Below, one piece after another: positions 36,503-49,601 of a stretch of DNA of 64,000 nt. Every line of letters starts with the position of its first letter. The stretch's first letter is position 1. The DNA comes from Octopus vulgaris (lineage: Eukaryota): the NCBI GenBank assembly GCA_951406725.2, contig OX597816.1:77252001-77316000 (forward strand), read 5' to 3'. Position numbers and translations under genes: made by a program. The notes beneath the pieces were generated by a model. The model was not told the origin of the DNA. It saw only the letters and a program-made list of their open reading frames with translations, and did no database searches.

Positions 36503-36790
36503 TATAATGGCCCAGTGGTTAGGGCAGCGGACTCGCGATCGGAGGATCGCGGTTTCGATTCTCAGACCGGACGTTGTGTGTGTTTATTAAGCGAAAACAC
36601 CTAAAAGCTCCACGAGGCTCCGGCAGGGGGGGGGGGCGACCCCTGTTGTTCTCTTTCGCCACAACTTTCTCTCACTCTCTCTTCCTGTTTCTTGAGTAAC
36701 GCTGCGATGGACTGGCGTCCCGTCCAGCTGGGGGGAACACATACGCCACAGAAACCGGGCCCATGATCCTGGTTAAGCTTGAAAAGGGCA
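36503..36790 (+). mobile_element. SINE head type 1 with alternative tail Y (CTGCGATGGACTGGCGTCCCGTCCAG)
   Basis: Same head and body as 63004 but a different 3' part, which is shared with 46292-46568. Confidence 0.85.
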
Positions 36791-37844
36791 AATTTTTTTT
36801 TTTTTTTTTTGTCGCTGATGTAGTCTAGATTTCAGCTTTTCATTTGCAAAAGGTTATATACAACCAGTTAGACATATTACCTTCATATTTCTCTTTTGTT
36901 ATTTTTTTTTCATTTAGGAAGTGTCTAATACTGAAAATAACACACTACATTTACTACGTCCTAATCAATTGGATAATTATGGTTAGGAGCTATACATCTT
37001 AACGGCATTAAGTTTTGTCTCACCATGTTCAAAACCACTTCAGTTGACTTTGCCTTTCGACTACGGAAGGTAATAAATGATGACAGGGTACGGAAATAGA
37101 TTCAAATTCAATTGATTACATTCCTTTTTTTGCAAACTTTGGATTTATGCCTAGTCAAAAGAATATAGTTGTTAGTTATAGAAAAACACTTCAACCGGAA
37201 GTTCGACAACCAATTGATTCGGCAGTTCTGATTCGTCACAACTTTATTAGGATTTGTCATCGTCCCCACCAATCTTATCGAGGTCCCTCGTAATCCCTCA
37301 CAATAGTTGGTGACTATTTTTCTCCCAGCTATTGTCTACTTTCATTGACAACCTTAATAAAAGTTTCAAGGAAGTTGATTCATCTGTAATGACAAAATGA
37401 TATTGATTTAAGATTACAATATATGTTGACGTAACATTTAAACTTGACACACGAGAAGTACCATTTCATGTAATTGTTATTTACACACAGAACACCGCCT
37501 CAATTTAATATTCTATGAACGCTGACATGTCACGTTTTATGTAACTATGCGAGCTACTTTTAATCCAGGTCAATTTAATTTCCTATAAGATAAATTCTTT
37601 GGAGGTTTTAAACATTAACCCGTTCTGGAGACTAGACTTTAAAAGGTTTTAAAGGTATTAAGCTTTCTCCAGACGTTCTAATGCTTTGTCCGCTAAAGAT
37701 TTCAACTGATTTTATTTTAAAAGTACATTATTAGGTAACATCACCAGCAAAAAATAAATGAAAGAATTTATAATTATCAACGATGAGAATAAACCATAAA
37801 TACAAACTTAAATTTCATCTGATTTCTCTTTCATGTATCCTTTT

Positions 37845-38052
37845 CTACTATAGGAACAAGGCCCGAAATTTTGGGAGAGGTGCCCAATCGATTAGATCGA
37901 CCCCAGTACGCAACTGGTACTTAATTTATCGACCCCGAAAGAATAAAATGCAAAGTTGACATCAGCGTAATTTGAACTCAGAACGTAAAAAAAGACGAAA
38001 TACCGCTAAGCATTTTGCCCGGCGTCCTAACGTTTCTGCCAGCTCGCCGCCA
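37845..38052 (-). mobile_element. Family-A SINE
   Basis: Reverse complement of the family-A head and central domain. Confidence 0.85.
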
Positions 38053-38708
38053 TCTCTCTTTCATATATTATATACGAACTGTAAAAGCCAAACTTGATAA
38101 GTATTTTGAAAATCTGACAAATGAAATACGACTCAAACTATATATAGCAAAGAGAATGTATTAAGAAACAAAACTCTTCTATTTTAATTTGAAGACTTTT
38201 TCACTTAGAATTGGTGCAAAACGAGCAAGTGGATCTTATACAATTTAAAAGATTGCATCTCGTTTAAGGAAAGATTGGTATCTATCAAAACGAAAACAGA
38301 TATGAATTTGAGAATAAGTCGAAGAGCAGCCACAGGACAGAACGAGTAATAATAAAAACGCTTGGCAAATTGAGCAACTTTCCTCGAAATAAATATAGAT
38401 TTAAACAATCTCGCTAAAGCCCGTAAATATAATTATTTTTAAAAAAGAGAATATTCTCAATGTTATTCACTATTTTTATTCTGCTAAAGCCATGAAGTGG
38501 ATTCGATCCACAATAGCCAAATTTAAATTAACACTGCAAAAGAACTTTTCCCACAGTGGAACAATGGTTTTTCTCTGACAGCAATTTTACATTTTTCCAG
38601 ATTGCTTTTAGCTAGGCCAAAATAATGTCTTCACCAATTGACCCTTATAACCTCTTCTACTTCACCAAAAGCTAGAATAGAGATAACAAGACCACCAACT
38701 AAATCTAT

Positions 38709-39138
38709 TGTTCACAATGATATGTCTATCCCAAGCAAAAAGTGAGCTCAGTCACATGGTGACGACTCAACCAGTTAGTCACCACGGTGACAACTCAGTG
38801 AGAACGTAGTCTGGCTGACCAGCTAGAACCTTGGTCAGAGGGAGAAATGAAGTTTACTGTCAACAACTGTGAGACAACGTCCCACACCCTACAACTCTCA
38901 CTAGCTCTAATTCTGTTCTCTTACAACATCATTCTATCTCTCTCTGTAATTACTACGAAACAATGCAGAGGACACAAACACAAACTTTGCTTCGCATGCT
39001 TTTGGATTTATCATAACCTGCCCGTCGAGGCAAGGTATTGTAACGTAACGGTAAATAAATATTTCCTTAAGGCTTCATATATTGTTCATCTTTCACATCC
39101 TACAACATGCCGTTATAACAACAAACTTTATCGTTACA
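38709..39138 (+). mobile_element. Solo LTR related to the LTR at 5226-5553
   Basis: Shares ACCTGCCCGTCGAGGCA.GGTATT...ACGGTAAATAAATATTTC and ends CGTTACA. Confidence 0.55.
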
Positions 39139-42117
39139 CAGCTATTCCTGCAGCTATATTATAATATTTTTATTTTCATGGAAAAAACCATTGGTATAAT
39201 TTTGATTATAAGTTAGATTTCTACTATACAGCTGGTTCGGAAGGAATGTTGTTTTAGCTTTATTTAAAATTCTTGCTTATCTTCTTTGAGTGTTTTTTTA
39301 GTTGTTGTTGTTGTTTTTTATTGCTTCGTAAGGACCCTAAATAAAAATAGAGAATAACATTCTGAGATAATATACATAAAATCTTGCATCTTGTGTATCT
39401 TGATAGATATTATATTTGGACTTCGTAAACTAATAGAAATCAACACCCCACTGGAAAAAACCGTCTTTTGGTATAAAAAAAACAATCATGCCAAGTATAT
39501 AAGCATAACACACACGCGCGCGCAATACACATATGCACATGCACATACACACAGCCACCACCACCTGTGACCCCATCAACTGCCCTATTAGTTTACTCAC
39601 CCCCAACAACAGCAGTTAACATCCTTATAGACACCATCGTTAAAGAAATTTTCAATGCACGCAACACATCCTGATTTTCAATTAACTTAGATAACAAAAG
39701 GGGTGTTATCTGAGTTATAGTATCACGACTAAGCTTACTTTTCACCCTAATTAACCCATGCTGACATACATACAGTAATTATGGTTTCCCCATAATCAAT
39801 GGATAATTAATGCTAACGATATTTTTGATGAAAGGGAATGAGATGCTCTGACGTTTATCATACTTTTGCTGACATTTTAAAGAAAAAATATTGTTACTGG
39901 GAATGGAAAACGTATCGCTTATTTGACACTCCACAAGCTCTTGGGTCCAGTCTGGCGGGGTAACTTTTAACTAGTCATTCTTTAAGTCTAGACCAGAGAT
40001 GAGGTAGCTGCGACTTCTTGAAAGGCTAAATGTGACCTGCTGAAAGAAGTCTACATAAATCCTACAAGGAATACGACCGAACTTGAGTCAAATCAATACT
40101 GATAATACCATGGATTTGCTTGTCAATTGCTTGATCATAACCAGTTGAACATGTCCCTTAGCGGCTGACGATATGTGAGTCCCTCATCACGAGCAGAAGT
40201 AGTTGGGAGCATCATAACCAGGGGTTGAGAGGAATTCTTTGAGGTTTGAATAATTCACTTCTAGAAATATGGGTATTTCGTCTATCATCCTTCAACAACC
40301 CTTATTCAAAGACCTTTTGAGTAAGATGGGCTACTCGATTTGAAGAAAGTTCTAACTGCACCCCACCTGCAAGGTCGTGCACGGTTTATCTTGATATGAG
40401 ATTACCTGTTGTGCACATATGGTTGTGATGCATGTGCTTGGTGTATTCTTATGGGTATATAGGGCTTCGTATATTTGTACCCCTGTGTTACTTTGATGCA
40501 CTGCTCTCCCACTCAATAATAATAAGTTATGATAAAGTTGCTTTAACTGAAACTCTACTTTTATGTTAGTTTTCTTGATAATTATGTTTTACAAAATAGG
40601 TTTTGTTCTGTAATTTTTCTTTTACATTCAGGTTTGTTGAAAGGCAGTTAAATTCAAAACGGTCTTTCAGCACAAAAAGATTCCTTAACTTTGTGGTTAA
40701 TAATACTTAGCTGATGAGGGCTCGTGCAATAGAAACATGTTGGGAGTTGTCACTATACTATCCAAAGATCACACTTACTCCCCATTGCATTATCTTTTTA
40801 ATTTGTAATTCGGGTTATCAACCCTGTCATTCTTGACCTGACTTATTCGTTAATATAATGAATAATTCTCCTTACTACGGGAGTAATTTTTATTTATAAA
40901 TTTTATGGCTCAATGTGTGTGTGTGAGATATATATATATATTGACAAGCCCTTTATTAACTAACGGCTGTTTGACGAATTTTACGAACTTCTATTGGGAA
41001 CCCAGAATGAATGCGGATGGTGGTGAGATACTTGTACATGTTGCAGAGTACAGATTAGAAAAAGCTTCATATAGATCAATAGAAGACTATTACTTCATTG
41101 GAGAGAAAGCATCTGCAGACAGATGAGTAGTTGCTGTACTTAATATTATTGTTTAACCCCTAGGTCGCCCCTCAAAGAGTAAACCTATGACCAAAGCATT
41201 CTAACCGTGACTATCGCGGTTATTTTCTTTTACAGACACCCAAAAGAGAATTATCCAATGTGGTCTTTCTTTTTTTAAGAAATGTGATGTAATTTGAGAG
41301 ATCTTGCTGCTATTTTGTAGCATGTCGAATGAGTCCCGTCTTATGGCATGGACACACTGGACAGTTGTCGGGGGGGGGGCCTCACGGGTCTAGGGGCACA
41401 ATTCTGACCTACGTATGCTGTGGTCTACTGTCAATAAATAAATATTATAGAACAGAAAACTGATCTGTCCGTCTTATCAGCATTATAGGCCCACATAGAG
41501 GATCTTACGTTGGTTCACCAGACCTGTTCTCCACACGTCTGTGGCAAAGATTTCTAACATTTAACAATCAACAGTCCAGTTTTTCCAGTTATAAATAAGT
41601 AAACCAAGAACTTCTTCGGGTTTGCTTATCTGTTAGAAATAGGAATTAAATCACCCTCGCATCACATTACACAGTAGTGGTTCTCATTCGTTTTGATTTT
41701 GTAATACACTGAAGATCAGATAAATGTTATTAGTGCTGCTGTGGTATCTTTAAGGTGGCGAGTAGGCAGAATCGTTAGTACTTTGGACAAAATGCTTAGT
41801 GGCATTTCTTGCGGCTCTTTGCAATCTCAGTGGTCAATTTGTATTTCATCCTTTCGAGGTCGATCAATTAATGATCTGAAGGGAAGCTACTGTACAAGAG
41901 TTGAGAGACGCGTGGGGCCGTATCAGTATAAGATTTTCAAGCCAAGCATGACTGAATGCTTTGCTGATATCAAGAATGACATTGCCTTCATCGAATTTCT
42001 CTAAGACGAAAGCTCTTTGGTCGGTGAGAGAGAAGTGTAGGTCACCCGTGGATCTGGCTCTATGGAAACTGCACAGGTAATCATTAAGGAAAGAGAGAGA
42101 TGAGGAAATAGAGAGAG

Positions 42118-42172
<55 letters not shown>

Positions 42173-42584
42173 TCATCGTTTTTAATGATTGTCTCTATGA
42201 TTTTAATACTGGAAGCGAATGCGATGGAGCAACATTTGGCAGGATCAAAGGATTTACTTTTCTTGGGAATTAAGGCACATTATAGCAATGTTTCCAAAGG
42301 CCAGAGTATATTCCTGTAGAGGGTATAAGAAGTTTGATGCTTGGTGAGTATATGAGTAAGTTCTAGTAGTGCAGTTCTTGTGGGTACTGGAGTGACCTTA
42401 TTAATGGCCTTGTTAAAATAAATTACTATTTTGGTTTTAAGAATTTTTATCATTCGCACAGCGCCGTATATGTTTTAAATTCAAATTTAAATAACTTAGC
42501 TTATTGTGTACGAATGTGGAGGATATGTAAAGACTGGAATGAAAAGAAGCGAGCGTGCACAAGTTTCACTTGCATTGAGAATAA

Positions 42585-42665
42585 TTGGTTAAAATTCGAA
42601 AAATTAAACTACGTTAAAGAAACGAATTACAATTTTCTCAAGAAAGCCAAGAGAAAAAAATGTTT
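42585..42665. mobile_element. Fragment of the palindromic MITE family at 46872-47679
   Basis: Near-identical to 47508-47587. Confidence 0.75.
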
Positions 42666-43220
42666 CCTTGTTGCATTTTCTCTGAGATAGACATTGTATC
42701 TAAGTAGCAACAAGAGAGTTTGTATGCAGTTGCTCGACCGGTAAAATACAACAGACAAATCTCCCTCGATTACACTGTATTGTTTTGTAATCCTAAATAT
42801 CCCTAAAAAGGCATGAGATTGCGTTGGAATGCTTGTTATTACAGACCTGTTTCATCAAACTTGTCGTTAAAACATACTGAGTAATCCCCCTTGGATCACA
42901 ATCACCTTACTATTCCATACATTTTTTTAAAAGTTGTTTGTGAGAGAATACAACAAAAAGTATGGTATTATTCGGTTTCCTCTCCTTGCTTTTCGAGTTC
43001 AAATCTCGCTGAGGTCTAGTTTGTCTTTCATTCTTTCCAGATCAAGAAAAGTACCAGTCTATTACTAGGATAATCTCTGTGTGTATTGGCGTGCCGTAAG
43101 TCTGGGTGGAGTGGTAGTTCATATAGGCTGGGATATAGAGATAAGTTGTTTAATTAACGCGATTAACGTTCAGTTTTAACTTTTTATGCGTTAATGCTAG
43201 GATGAAAGAATAGGAACGTT

Positions 43221-43514
43221 TGTGAGTGGATTTGGTAGACGGAAACTGACAGAAGCCTGTCGTATATATAAATTTATATGTGCGTGTTTTTGTGTTTGCG
43301 TTTGTGTTTGTCCGCCCTCCGCCCCACCGCTTGACAACCGCTGTTGGTTTGTTACGTCCTGTAACTTAGCGACTCAGCAAAAGGCACCGATACAATTAGT
43401 GCCAGGCTTTAAGAAATAAGTGCTGGGCTCGATTTGTTCGACTAAAAAATTCTTCAATGTGGTAATCCAGCATGGGCGCGGTCTTATGACTAAAACAAGT
43501 AAAAGAATAAAAGA

Positions 43515-43515
<1 letters not shown>
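43221..43515 (+). mobile_element. Family-B SINE (5'-truncated)
   Basis: TGTGAGTGGATTTGGTAGACGGAAACTGA... through the ACAAGTAAAAGAATAAAAG tail. Confidence 0.85.
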
Positions 43516-43558
<43 letters not shown>

Positions 43559-43859
43559 AGAAAGATTGAGAGAGATTGTGTTTACTGTTAAGACAATAGT
43601 GATTAATAAGTATCATTATTTTATTTAGTTTGCAATTACAATGGAACCTATTGTTTTCTTTAGTGAGCTTCACAAATTACTGAAGAAAAAGTAGGGAAGA
43701 CAGAATATTAAGTTTATTTTAAATTTATAGATTTTAAAGATGTGAATTACTAGTGGAAAATTACAATGAAAAATTGAACGAAAGAGGGCTGAATTTTACG
43801 TAGGTCGCATAAAAGAAGCAGTTAAATGAATTTGGTTGGTTTTCAGAAATCTGAAATTT

Positions 43860-44666
43860 TACACTGTTGGGTGACCATAACTGGGAGCAGTAGTCCAGGC
43901 GGCTGAGAACGAATGTCCTCTAGAGGACCATCGTGGTTTCCTTCTCTCTGGTTCTGAGCGTTCTAGGGATCCATCCAGCCAGTCATCTGTACTGCACATT
44001 GTCGCCATTAATGTGCACTTAGAAAAAGGTACCATCACTCATGTAGATACCCAGGTCCCCCACTGATTTAGGCTCTGGATTGTAATCTCCTGTGGACCAG
44101 TGTACCCTGTAAGTTTTATATTCAGTTTTGGATGCTGGTAACGCAGGGCTTGGAAATTTTCAGCATTAAACTGCATATTATTTTCCTCATCCAATCTGTA
44201 AATTGAGTCCAACTCCTGCTGCAGATATACAACATCGCTGGTGTTCTGTATTTTCTGCGAGACTTTCGTATCGTCTGCGTAGCTAGCAAGGGTGGCTATC
44301 CGGGCAGCTGAGGGCATATCTGAGAGGGCCACTATGAAAAGCAGTGGTCCCAAAACAGTGCCTTGTGGAACACCGCTCACTATTTGTGTTTTCTTTAAGG
44401 TGGCTCCATTGGCCATTGCTATCTTTCAGAAAGTCATGTAACCACTCTCCGAATTTTCCAGCTATACCAAGATCACGCAGTTTGTGGCATATCATACCAG
44501 GATACACTTTATCAAAAGCTTTTGCAAAGTCAAGGTATATTACATCCACATTTGAGTTGTTGAGTAACTGCCAAAACACCCAGTCATAGGGCTGCAAGAG
44601 CTGGGAGAGGCAGCTCCTACCTGGTTGGGTATCATTCAGCAAGTTATTTTCTTCAAGGATTAGCAT
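43860..44666 (-). mobile_element. CR1-clade LINE RT fragment, frameshifted
   Basis: GRSCLSQLL, YLDFAKAFDKV, SGVPQGTVLGPLLF, YADDTK. Confidence 0.9.
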
Positions 44667-44989
44667 TTCTTAAGAAATTATTTTTAGTCAAGAAAAAATT
44701 TATATGGCTTTTCAGTCCACCAGTGGAATTGTTAACTTTAAAAAATATTCTAACTTTGTCCCCAGAACAAACGGTTCTTAGACTCTACTTCATTGCTTGA
44801 CTTCTATATCTTTGAAAAACAGGGTAATGTTTTTATATAAATTATAACAGAATCAAGGGCAATAATGTTAGTAGATCAACAGAGTTATTTCCCTTGTCAC
44901 ACGTGCCCTTAAAATGACGTCTAATACGGAACTGGATATGACACCGTTTAATTATCCGCATAACTAACGTACATCCTACTTCGCTAGAC

Positions 44990-46860
44990 ATTTTAACTCT
45001 CTCAGTATTTTAACATCTTTTATTGCGCTTTTTACCATGTATCTGTGAGCTTCAATATCAGGTCTTACTGTTTAATCTACTTGAGGTAATCCCCCTCTCT
45101 TTCCCTCACATTCCCTTCATTCAGCATCCTCTTAGGGTAAAATTTCCAAACTGCTTACTCCTCGGTGTTCGGGGGAATATATTACGCGGCTACCGTTCCG
45201 TATCTACTTTCCCAAATGAGTTCTTCAATTCACACTGATATACTGTTTTGCAATCCGAGACACCTCAGACCTCGTTGCAGAATATTGAGAACCCCCAATT
45301 TTCGGCTAACCTCCGTGCTCTGAATACTTCACGTCTAGCTTTTCTTATAACTATCGTTTATTGTTTTCTGCCTACTTCACCGTTTTCTTCCATTATTTCT
45401 GGGGCTTACTCTTAGCTTTATAGTTGTTGTTTATTTTTTTGTATTGTAGCATTTTATTACCATGTCACCATCCTTCTTTTAATCGAGCCTTACTATGTCC
45501 ATAGATCTTGATGTGTCTTACTGCAAGTTCTCTCTATGAAACTCTTTTGTCTTCTGTATTACAAGTTTATATCTCCTCCCCCCTCTCTTCCTCCTTCTTC
45601 TCTACCTCGTCCTCCTCTTCTTCCGTCTCCTTTTCTTTTCCCTTCTCCTCCTTCTCTTCCTCCTTTTCACCCTCCCCCGCTTTATATGCGTCAGTTAGTA
45701 CTTCTTGGGACCTACTTTTTACAAATGGCTTTTTAAGCTTCCATACCTTCTTTCTCACGATTCTTTGGTGTCTATATCGGTCTAGCTTTTACTCTGATCT
45801 CACTAACTACTATTAATTTGGAATACCGGGGAATAACTTAGTATTCACAACTAGCTACAAATCTAATTTCCAGATGAACGTGACGTCTATCTGGTCTTTC
45901 CTGCTCACTTGATAGGTAAGAGCTCAAGCGGATGGCCAGTTTTCTGAATTCAAAGCTGCAAATGCTTAAATCATTTGTGATTCATGTCTCCAAGTGCTAT
46001 GAACCATCCATATTTTCTCGTATAATATACATAGGCTCCATGTACACCGATATATTCTTAATGGTGCTGTGCTCAATATGTCAATTAAAACACTGGTACA
46101 TATACACATTTACAATGTGTATACAAACGTGGAACGGCACCAGCTGCAATATCTCGTCTCAGAGAAAGTTCTTCAATGTCCATTTACGGTACCAGTCGTG
46201 ATAACGAAATTGATGTCATTCGTTATCGAGTTAGTCTGAAACTGTTCTTTTGCTCATTTGTCTGTCTGATTATTGTGCATATACCTAGATAGTGGAGGCA
46301 CATGGCCTAGTGGTTAGAGCAGCGGACTCGCGGGTTCGAATCTCAGATCCGTCGATGTGTGTGTTTATGAACGAAACACCTTAGTTCCACGCGGCTCCGG
46401 CAGAAGGTAATGGCGAACTTCTGCTGAGTCGTTTGCCACAACTTTCTCTCACTCTTTCCTCCTGTATCTTGCAGCTCACCTGCGACGGACCGGCGTCCCT
46501 TCCAGGTGGGGAACCTTTATGCCAAGGAAACTGGCCCTTATGAGCCAGGCATGGCTCGAGAAGGAACAGACATATATACCTAGATACTCGTTGTCCATGA
46601 CTAGTCTAAGCTTAATGATTCTCTCATACCCAAACTACTAAATGTATTAATTTCTTTACCAACCATATACCTGTTCCAGCTACCCCAAAGCTGTTACCTA
46701 CCCGGAAAAATTTCTACCAGTGTTCCTTACCCATTAGCTGTCTAACTGAGGTCCCCTTTTATCTAACTTCATATACACAGCACAAATCCACTTGCATTCA
46801 CTCCAGCATCTCTTCCATTTCCCTCCGCCATGCCAGCTTAGGTCTATCACATATGACAGG
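44990..46860 (-). mobile_element. Highly decayed RTE-type LINE (APE domain and linker), interrupted by a SINE
   Basis: Minus-strand VDLCCVYEVR*KG...FFRVGNSFGVAGTGI...RIIKLRLV (~46800-46595) and KARREVFRARRLAE...VSRIAKQ (~45345-45245). Confidence 0.55.
46292..46568 (+). mobile_element. SINE head type 1 with tail Y
   Basis: GTGGAGGCACATGGCCTAGTGGTTAGAGCAGCGGACTCG...CCTGCGACGGACCGGCGTCCC. Confidence 0.85.
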
Positions 46861-46871
46861 CCTAAGTTTTG

Positions 46872-47679
46872 GGATCTTTTCCTTTTGAACGATACATGTC
46901 AACACAATTTCTAGTTAACTAAACACTTTAAAACTTCGTATACTAGTAGAATGTGTCAAAATAAAACATTTTTTTTTCTTGGCTTTCTTGAGAAAATTGT
47001 AATTCGTTTCTTTAACGTAGTTTAATATTTCGAATTTTAACCAATTAATTGCCTTTAATTGAGCTAAAATCATTTGCTGCGTCTAAAACTGAGACAACAT
47101 CCTGTCACTAACCCTAACCCTCACCCTCACCCTCACCCTAGCCCTAAACCTAATTTTTTTTTTCTTAATTGTTAAATTAATTTAAGGATAACAATTAAGA
47201 AAAAAAACGAAAGGTTAAAACGAAAGCAAAATAATTCTATAATTTTATACACACGCTTTCCGTATACGTACGGAAAGCGTGTGCATAAAATTATAGAATT
47301 ATTTTGTTTGCTAATTGTTTAAATTATTTTCCATTGCTTTCGTTTTAGCCTTTCGTTTTTTTACACGCGTAACAATTAAATTAATTTAACAATTAAGAAA
47401 GAAAAAATTAGGGTGAGGGTTAGGGTGAGGGTGAGGGTTAGTGACAGGATGGATGTTGTCTAAGTTTTAAACGCAGCAAATGATTTTAGCTCACTAGAGG
47501 CGATTCATTGGTTAAAATTCGAAAAGTTAAACTGCGTTAAACAAACAAATTGCAATTTTCTCAAGAAAGCCAAGAGAAAAAATGTTTTATTTTGACACAT
47601 TCTACCAGTACACGAAGTTTTAAAGTGTTTAGTTAACTAGAAATTGTGTTGACATGTATCGTTCAAAAGGAAAAGATCC
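46872..47679. mobile_element. Palindromic MITE with 8-bp TSD (AAGTTTTG) and GG termini; Merlin-like
   Basis: TIR GGATCTTTTCCTTTTGAACG...CGTTCAAAAGGAAAAGATCC. AAGTTTTG at 46864-46871 and 47680-47687. The arms meet at a 4-nt loop near 47265-47268. Confidence 0.85.
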
Positions 47680-47855
47680 AAGTTTTGTACCTGAGGTGAG
47701 ATTCCGTCGTCCTTTTTCATCTGAAAGCAAGAGAATTTGTACGATCGTCTGCTGGCGGGCAAGTGGGATTTTTCACGTATGGCTAGATGTTCCCACTTGT
47801 TCGCCTAACACATTTGTTAGCCCTGTATGTAACTGAGAATTCTCATTGATCTGAC

Positions 47856-47858
<3 letters not shown>

Positions 47859-47944
<86 letters not shown>

Positions 47945-48038
47945 CCTATCTATCTATCTATCTATCAATCAATCAATCTCCCTCTGTCTATCTGTCTGCC
48001 TATCTCTCTCTCTCTCTCTCTGTATATCTGTCTATCTG

Positions 48039-48110
<72 letters not shown>

Positions 48111-48470
48111 TCTCTTTAAGGTTAGATGAGCTGGATACTTATTTTACCACAAATCACTTTACAGAACGGGTGCAATACATTTTATTGTGTTACTCGCACA
48201 AAAGAAGCTGCCTAACGGTGTCTGATGTGGTTTGCAGAGCCATGGTGAGTCATACTCATGATATTTAGTGAATTGCTACCAGCGTAATGTTTGCACGTCG
48301 TCCCAACAGTGGGAGAATATACAACAATTTGTAATAATCAAGAGACCCCACCAAACGACATAGTAATAGTCGCAAAAAGAAAAATGAAATAAGATTGTTT
48401 TTTGCTTAGCCCGAGAGCCGAGAAAAGTCTCTTGGGAATAAGTAGATTGAATAAATATGTCATACTTTGA

Positions 48471-48501
<31 letters not shown>

Positions 48502-48543
48502 GTGGAGAGGGAGAAAGAAAGGGAGAAAGGGAGACAAACAGAG

Positions 48544-48577
<34 letters not shown>

Positions 48578-48658
48578 TGACAGACAGACAGACTCATAGA
48601 CAGAGAGACAGACAGACAGAGACAGAGAGGCAAAGCAGACTCATAGACAGAGAGAGAC

Positions 48659-48690
<32 letters not shown>

Positions 48691-48834
48691 GCATACAGAC
48701 AGACAGATAGACGGGCAGACAGACAGACAGGCAGGCAGGCAGACAGACAGAGACAGACAGACAGAGACAGAGACAGTGACATAGACATAGACAGACAGAA
48801 ACAGACAGACAGATAGACAGACAGACAGACAGAA

Positions 48835-48871
<37 letters not shown>

Positions 48872-48960
48872 AACAGACAGACAGACAGACAGGCAGGTAG
48901 GTAGGCAGGTAGGTAGGTAGGTAGGTAGGTAGGTAGGTAGGTAGGTAAATAGAGACAGGA
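47859..48960. repeat. Blocks of compound (CT)n/(TATC)n and (GACA)n/(GGTA)n microsatellites
   Basis: Direct reading of the sequence. Confidence 0.9.
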
Positions 48961-49407
48961 AGACAGAGATGGAAAGAAAGACATGTACAGAGAGAAATGG
49001 GACAAAGAGATGAAGTACGGAAGATATGAGCAATCGTCCATCGTCACAAAATATGGAACAAATACAAATACACAACTCGAAGCAGTCACAAAAAAATGAT
49101 ACTCTCGTAATACTGAAAGAAAAGCTGAGAGAAGTAACGACTCGGCGTAGTTGAAAACCGAGCAGACGTCTCCCTGGGAAAGTGTGGAATCCTTAACTAC
49201 GCTTGGTTGCAAGTATAAATGTACTGCAAAAGTTGCGTGGAAGAGAGACACAGAGAGAGGGAGGGGAGAGAGAGAGAGAGAGAACTGATGTATGTGTATG
49301 TGTGTGTGTGAGTGCGTGTGTCTGTGTGTGCGTGCGTATGTGTGTGAAAATAAAGGGAACGAGAGACATCAGAGCAACGTTCACTCATACCACATCTCTG
49401 TCTTCAA

Positions 49408-49457
<50 letters not shown>

Positions 49458-49601
49458 CGCGCACACACACGCGCGCACACACACGCGCATAGATACTTGT
49501 ACACACTCACTCACTCACACACACACACACACACATACACACGCTCGCACACACATACATTCACGCACACACACACACACATACATACTTACATACATAC
49601 A

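Noticed and set aside
45567-45758. Glu/Lys-rich ORF
   Set aside because: It is a low-complexity purine tract inside a decayed LINE region, with no splice or start support.
47108-47440. Telomere or chromosome-fusion relic
   Set aside because: The repeats are short, degenerate and internal to a TSD-flanked MITE.
48242-48250. ATG|GTGAGT motif as first exon of a paralogue (similar motif on minus strand at ~28146-28154)
   Set aside because: No TATA at a suitable distance and no downstream signal-peptide or Cys-rich exon was found.
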